Below, piece by piece: positions 51,460 through 53,808 of a stretch of DNA of 53,808 nucleotides. The notes below the pieces were generated by a model, which did no database searches, was not told the origin of the DNA, and saw only the letters and a program-made list of their open reading frames with translations. Position numbers and translations under genes: made by a program. Each line of letters begins with the position of its first letter. Within the stretch, counting starts at the first letter, position 1. The stretch is from Acidimicrobiia bacterium (GTDB lineage Bacteria; Actinomycetota; Acidimicrobiia; Spongiisociales; ZC4RG35), in assembly GCA_041599115.1 (NCBI GenBank), contig JBFHXF010000002.1:1-53808 (forward strand), written 5' to 3'.

Positions 51460-52668
51460 ATGAGGGAGATCTTCATCGTGGATGCATGTCGCACCCCAAT
51501 GGGCAAGCTCGGCGGCCAGCTTGCTCACACCCGGCCCGACGACCTGGCCGCACACACGGTCAAGCGCCTCATGGCGAGGAATCCCCAGGTGGATTCGCAA
51601 GCTATCGAAGACATCCAATGGGGCGCAGCCAACCAAGCCGGTGAGGACAACCGCAATGTCGCCCGAATGACCGGGCTACTCGCCGGTCTCCCCATTGAAG
51701 TCCCCGGGGTGACAGTGAACCGTCTGTGTGGCTCGGGACTTCAGGCGGTGGCATCGGCGGCACATGCCCTGACAGGGGGATGGGGCGATCTCATGATCGC
51801 CGGTGGCTCCGAATCGATGAGCCGGGCTCCCTATGTGATGATGAAGGCCGACAGGGCCTTTGCGACAGGATTCCCCGAGTCTGCCGACACCGTGCTCGGC
51901 TGGCGTCTCGTCAACAACACCATGAAGGAGATGTACCCGCCGATCACATTGGGTATGACCGCCGAGGTGGTGGCGGAGAAATACGGCATCTCCCGCGACG
52001 ACCAGGACCAGTTTGCGCTGTCGAGCCACGAGAAGGCCGTGGCCGCGATCGACGCCGGGCTTTTCGCCAAGGAGATCGAGCCGATAGAAGTCGCGGCAGA
52101 CCAGCGACGTCGCTCTCTGGTGACTGTCACGACCGACGAGGGGCCACGACCTGACACGTCGATCGAAAAGCTCCGCACGCTGCCGTCGGTGTTCAAAGAA
52201 GATGGAACCGTCACTGCAGGTAATTCGTCGCCGATGAACGATGGCGCCGCAGCTGTTCTGCTGGCGACCGCCGCCGGGCTCAAGAGCCATGAGCTGAAAC
52301 CGCTGGCGCGGATCGTCTCGTCGGCCGCCGCCGGGGTCCACCCGGACGTCATGGGCATCGGCCCTGTCCCGGCTTCCCAGAAGGCGCTGGCCAGGGCCGG
52401 ACTGTCTCCGGAGGACTTGGACCTGGTTGAGCTCAATGAGGCATTCGCCTCGCAGTCGGTGGCGAGCATGAGACTTCTCGACCTCGATCCGTCGAAAGTG
52501 AACGTCAACGGGGGAGCGATAGCCATCGGGCATCCTCTTGGCGCATCGGGGGCAAGGATCCTGGTGACCCTGGCCCACGCCCTCATCCAACGCTCCGGTC
52601 GCTACGGCATGGCGACAATGTGCATTGGCGTGGGTCAAGGGATCAGCATGGTCATTGAGCGTGTCTGA
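51460..52668 (+). CDS. Acetyl-CoA C-acetyltransferase (thiolase II)
   Basis: 402 aa. It has 'VNRLCGSGLQAV' (active Cys), 'NEAFASQ', 'NVNGGAIAIGHPLGASGAR' and 'CIGVGQG'. Confidence 0.93.
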   Translation: MREIFIVDACRTPMGKLGGQLAHTRPDDLAAHTVKRLMARNPQVDSQAIEDIQWGAANQAGEDNRNVARMTGLLAGLPIEVPGVTVNRLCGSGLQAVASAAHALTGGWGDLMIAGGSESMSRAPYVMMKADRAFATGFPESADTVLGWRLVNNTMKEMYPPITLGMTAEVVAEKYGISRDDQDQFALSSHEKAVAAIDAGLFAKEIEPIEVAADQRRRSLVTVTTDEGPRPDTSIEKLRTLPSVFKEDGTVTAGNSSPMNDGAAAVLLATAAGLKSHELKPLARIVSSAAAGVHPDVMGIGPVPASQKALARAGLSPEDLDLVELNEAFASQSVASMRLLDLDPSKVNVNGGAIAIGHPLGASGARILVTLAHALIQRSGRYGMATMCIGVGQGISMVIERV

Positions 52669-53808
52669 GGGACCACTCCGCGGCACCACTGTTGTGGAAT
52701 TCGGCAACCTCATTGCCGCCCCGTACGCGGGCATGCTTCTGGCCGACCTCGGGGCGCGGGTGGTCAAGGTCGAACCGCCGACGGGCGACCTCGCCCGTCA
52801 ATTCGGACCGTTTATCGGTGGCGAGTCTGCTTTTTTTATGGCGGTCAATCGGGGCAAGGAATCATTGGCTCTCGACACCAAGGACTGGGTGGTCAAACGT
52901 GTTCTGGACAATCTCGTCCGAAAGGCCGACGTCTTGGTGCACAACCTCCGTCACGGAGCGATGGATCGGCTGGGTCTCGGCTACGACCGGGCAGCAGACC
53001 TGAATCCCACGCTGATCTATGCCACGGTGAACGCCTTTGGGGCCGAAGGCCCATACGCCGCGAGACCTGGAGTCGACATCATCTTCCAGGGTGAATCAGG
53101 GATGATCTCGATAACCGGAGACCCCAACGACGGGCCGAAGAAGACGGCCACCACCGTGGGTGACTATGTCGCGGGGACCAACGCCGCTCTGGCCGTAACG
53201 GCCGCCCTCGCCGAACATCCCAGGAGAGGGCGACGAATCGATGTGTCGCTCCGGGACGGTCTGATGGCGGTTCAATCCGGGTGGAACGCAATTGGCTTCG
53301 CCACCGGCGACCAACCGGTGCGCACCGGGACGGCCAGTCCTTTCCTCGCTCCCAATAGGGTATTTCATGCCGCCGACGGCATGTTCACTCTCGCGATTGT
53401 CAGTGATCGACATTTCGAACTGCTCACCGATGCCATCGAAAGACGCGATCTCGCCACAGACTTCCCCACCAACGACGACCGGATGAGGAAACGGGCCTCC
53501 CTCGAACGAAAGCTCGAGCGGATGTTCCGCCAGGAGTCGGTCGAGCACTGGTTGGATGTCCTCGGATCGGCCGGTCTTCCAGTCGGCAAAGTCCTGACGA
53601 TCCCCGAGGCTCTCAACGACCCCCAGGCGCGGCACAATGAGATGCTGGTTGAGTACGAGCACCCAACCGCGGGGCGGATTGAGACAACGGGTTCCCCCAT
53701 CCAAATCGACGGCGCGGCCGCCCGTGCTACCGCGCCTCCGGCAACTCTGGGCCAACACACCCGCCCGCTGCTCCATGAGCTGGGGTTGGACGACGAGTCG
53801 ATCGCTCA
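52661..53808 (+). CDS. Family III CoA-transferase (CaiB/BaiF-like), 3' end outside the window
   Basis: The GTG at 52661 overlaps the thiolase stop. The frame reads VSEGPLRGTTVVEFGNLIAAPYAGMLLADLGARVVKVEPPTGD...FMAVNRGKES...DVLVHNLRHGAMDRLGL...GVDIIFQGESGM...GDY and stays open to the window end. It is not in the track because no stop is reached. Confidence 0.88.
   Translation, partial: MSEGPLRGTTVVEFGNLIAAPYAGMLLADLGARVVKVEPPTGDLARQFGPFIGGESAFFMAVNRGKESLALDTKDWVVKRVLDNLVRKADVLVHNLRHGAMDRLGLGYDRAADLNPTLIYATVNAFGAEGPYAARPGVDIIFQGESGMISITGDPNDGPKKTATTVGDYVAGTNAALAVTAALAEHPRRGRRIDVSLRDGLMAVQSGWNAIGFATGDQPVRTGTASPFLAPNRVFHAADGMFTLAIVSDRHFELLTDAIERRDLATDFPTNDDRMRKRASLERKLERMFRQESVEHWLDVLGSAGLPVGKVLTIPEALNDPQARHNEMLVEYEHPTAGRIETTGSPIQIDGAAARATAPPATLGQHTRPLLHELGLDDESIA

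Noticed and set aside
1-53808. tRNA, rRNA, tmRNA, CRISPR arrays, IS elements, long direct or inverted repeats
   Set aside because: Intergenic spacers are at most about 310 nt, and none shows a cloverleaf-like or repeat-spacer structure by eye. No transposase or integrase ORF is present. This is a visual scan only, so a dedicated tool should confirm it.

Overview
GC-rich, gene-dense bacterial chromosomal window of about 60 protein genes, many joined by 1-4 nt start/stop overlaps and many using GTG/TTG starts. All calls come from reading the supplied translations and the DNA by eye; no homology search or folding program was run.

Gene content suggests an Actinomycetota-like genome, possibly Acidimicrobiia-like. 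This is a low-confidence inference from an F420-type LLM oxidoreductase, a ClpS-DUF2017 pair, an XRE/HbhA-like pair, a DUF222-type HNH fragment and Lgt.

Most genes are housekeeping:
- Central metabolism and biosynthesis: fbaA, nadE, glnE, DAHP synthase, proC, udk, thiolase.
- Transport and envelope: nhaA, lgt, an ABC exporter.
- DNA and transcription: tag, greA.

A complete Bacillus-style caa3 cytochrome oxidase cluster (ctaB, Trx-like lipoprotein, ctaC-D-E-F-G) sits on the minus strand at 19.0-25.8 kb.

The features I consider most worth follow-up:
1. selD (29851-30876, minus strand) is truncated in the ORF track. It contains an in-frame UGA at the catalytic-Cys position ('HGAGUACK') followed by a two-tier hairpin, so it is a selenocysteine-encoding SelD. 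It appears translationally coupled to a thioredoxin-like [2Fe-2S] ferredoxin gene and a membrane-anchored alpha/beta hydrolase gene.
2. Two tandem paralogous 7-TM proteins lie at 13610-15991. The second is fused to a type-1-copper cupredoxin with a rusticyanin-like C-x4-H-x4-M site. A cupredoxin lipoprotein follows, and the group is about 3 kb from the caa3 oxidase cluster.
3. A bacterial eRF1/Pelota-like (baeRF) protein sits directly upstream of an orphan split XdhC + MocA molybdenum-cofactor maturation module.
4. proC is translationally coupled to a proline dehydrogenase gene, followed by a membrane HdrD-like Fe-S oxidoreductase.

I found no rRNA, tRNA, CRISPR array, intact transposon or long repeat. 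Intergenic spacers are short; the longest is about 310 nt (166 nt if the candidate 49-aa ORF at 25653-25802 is real).
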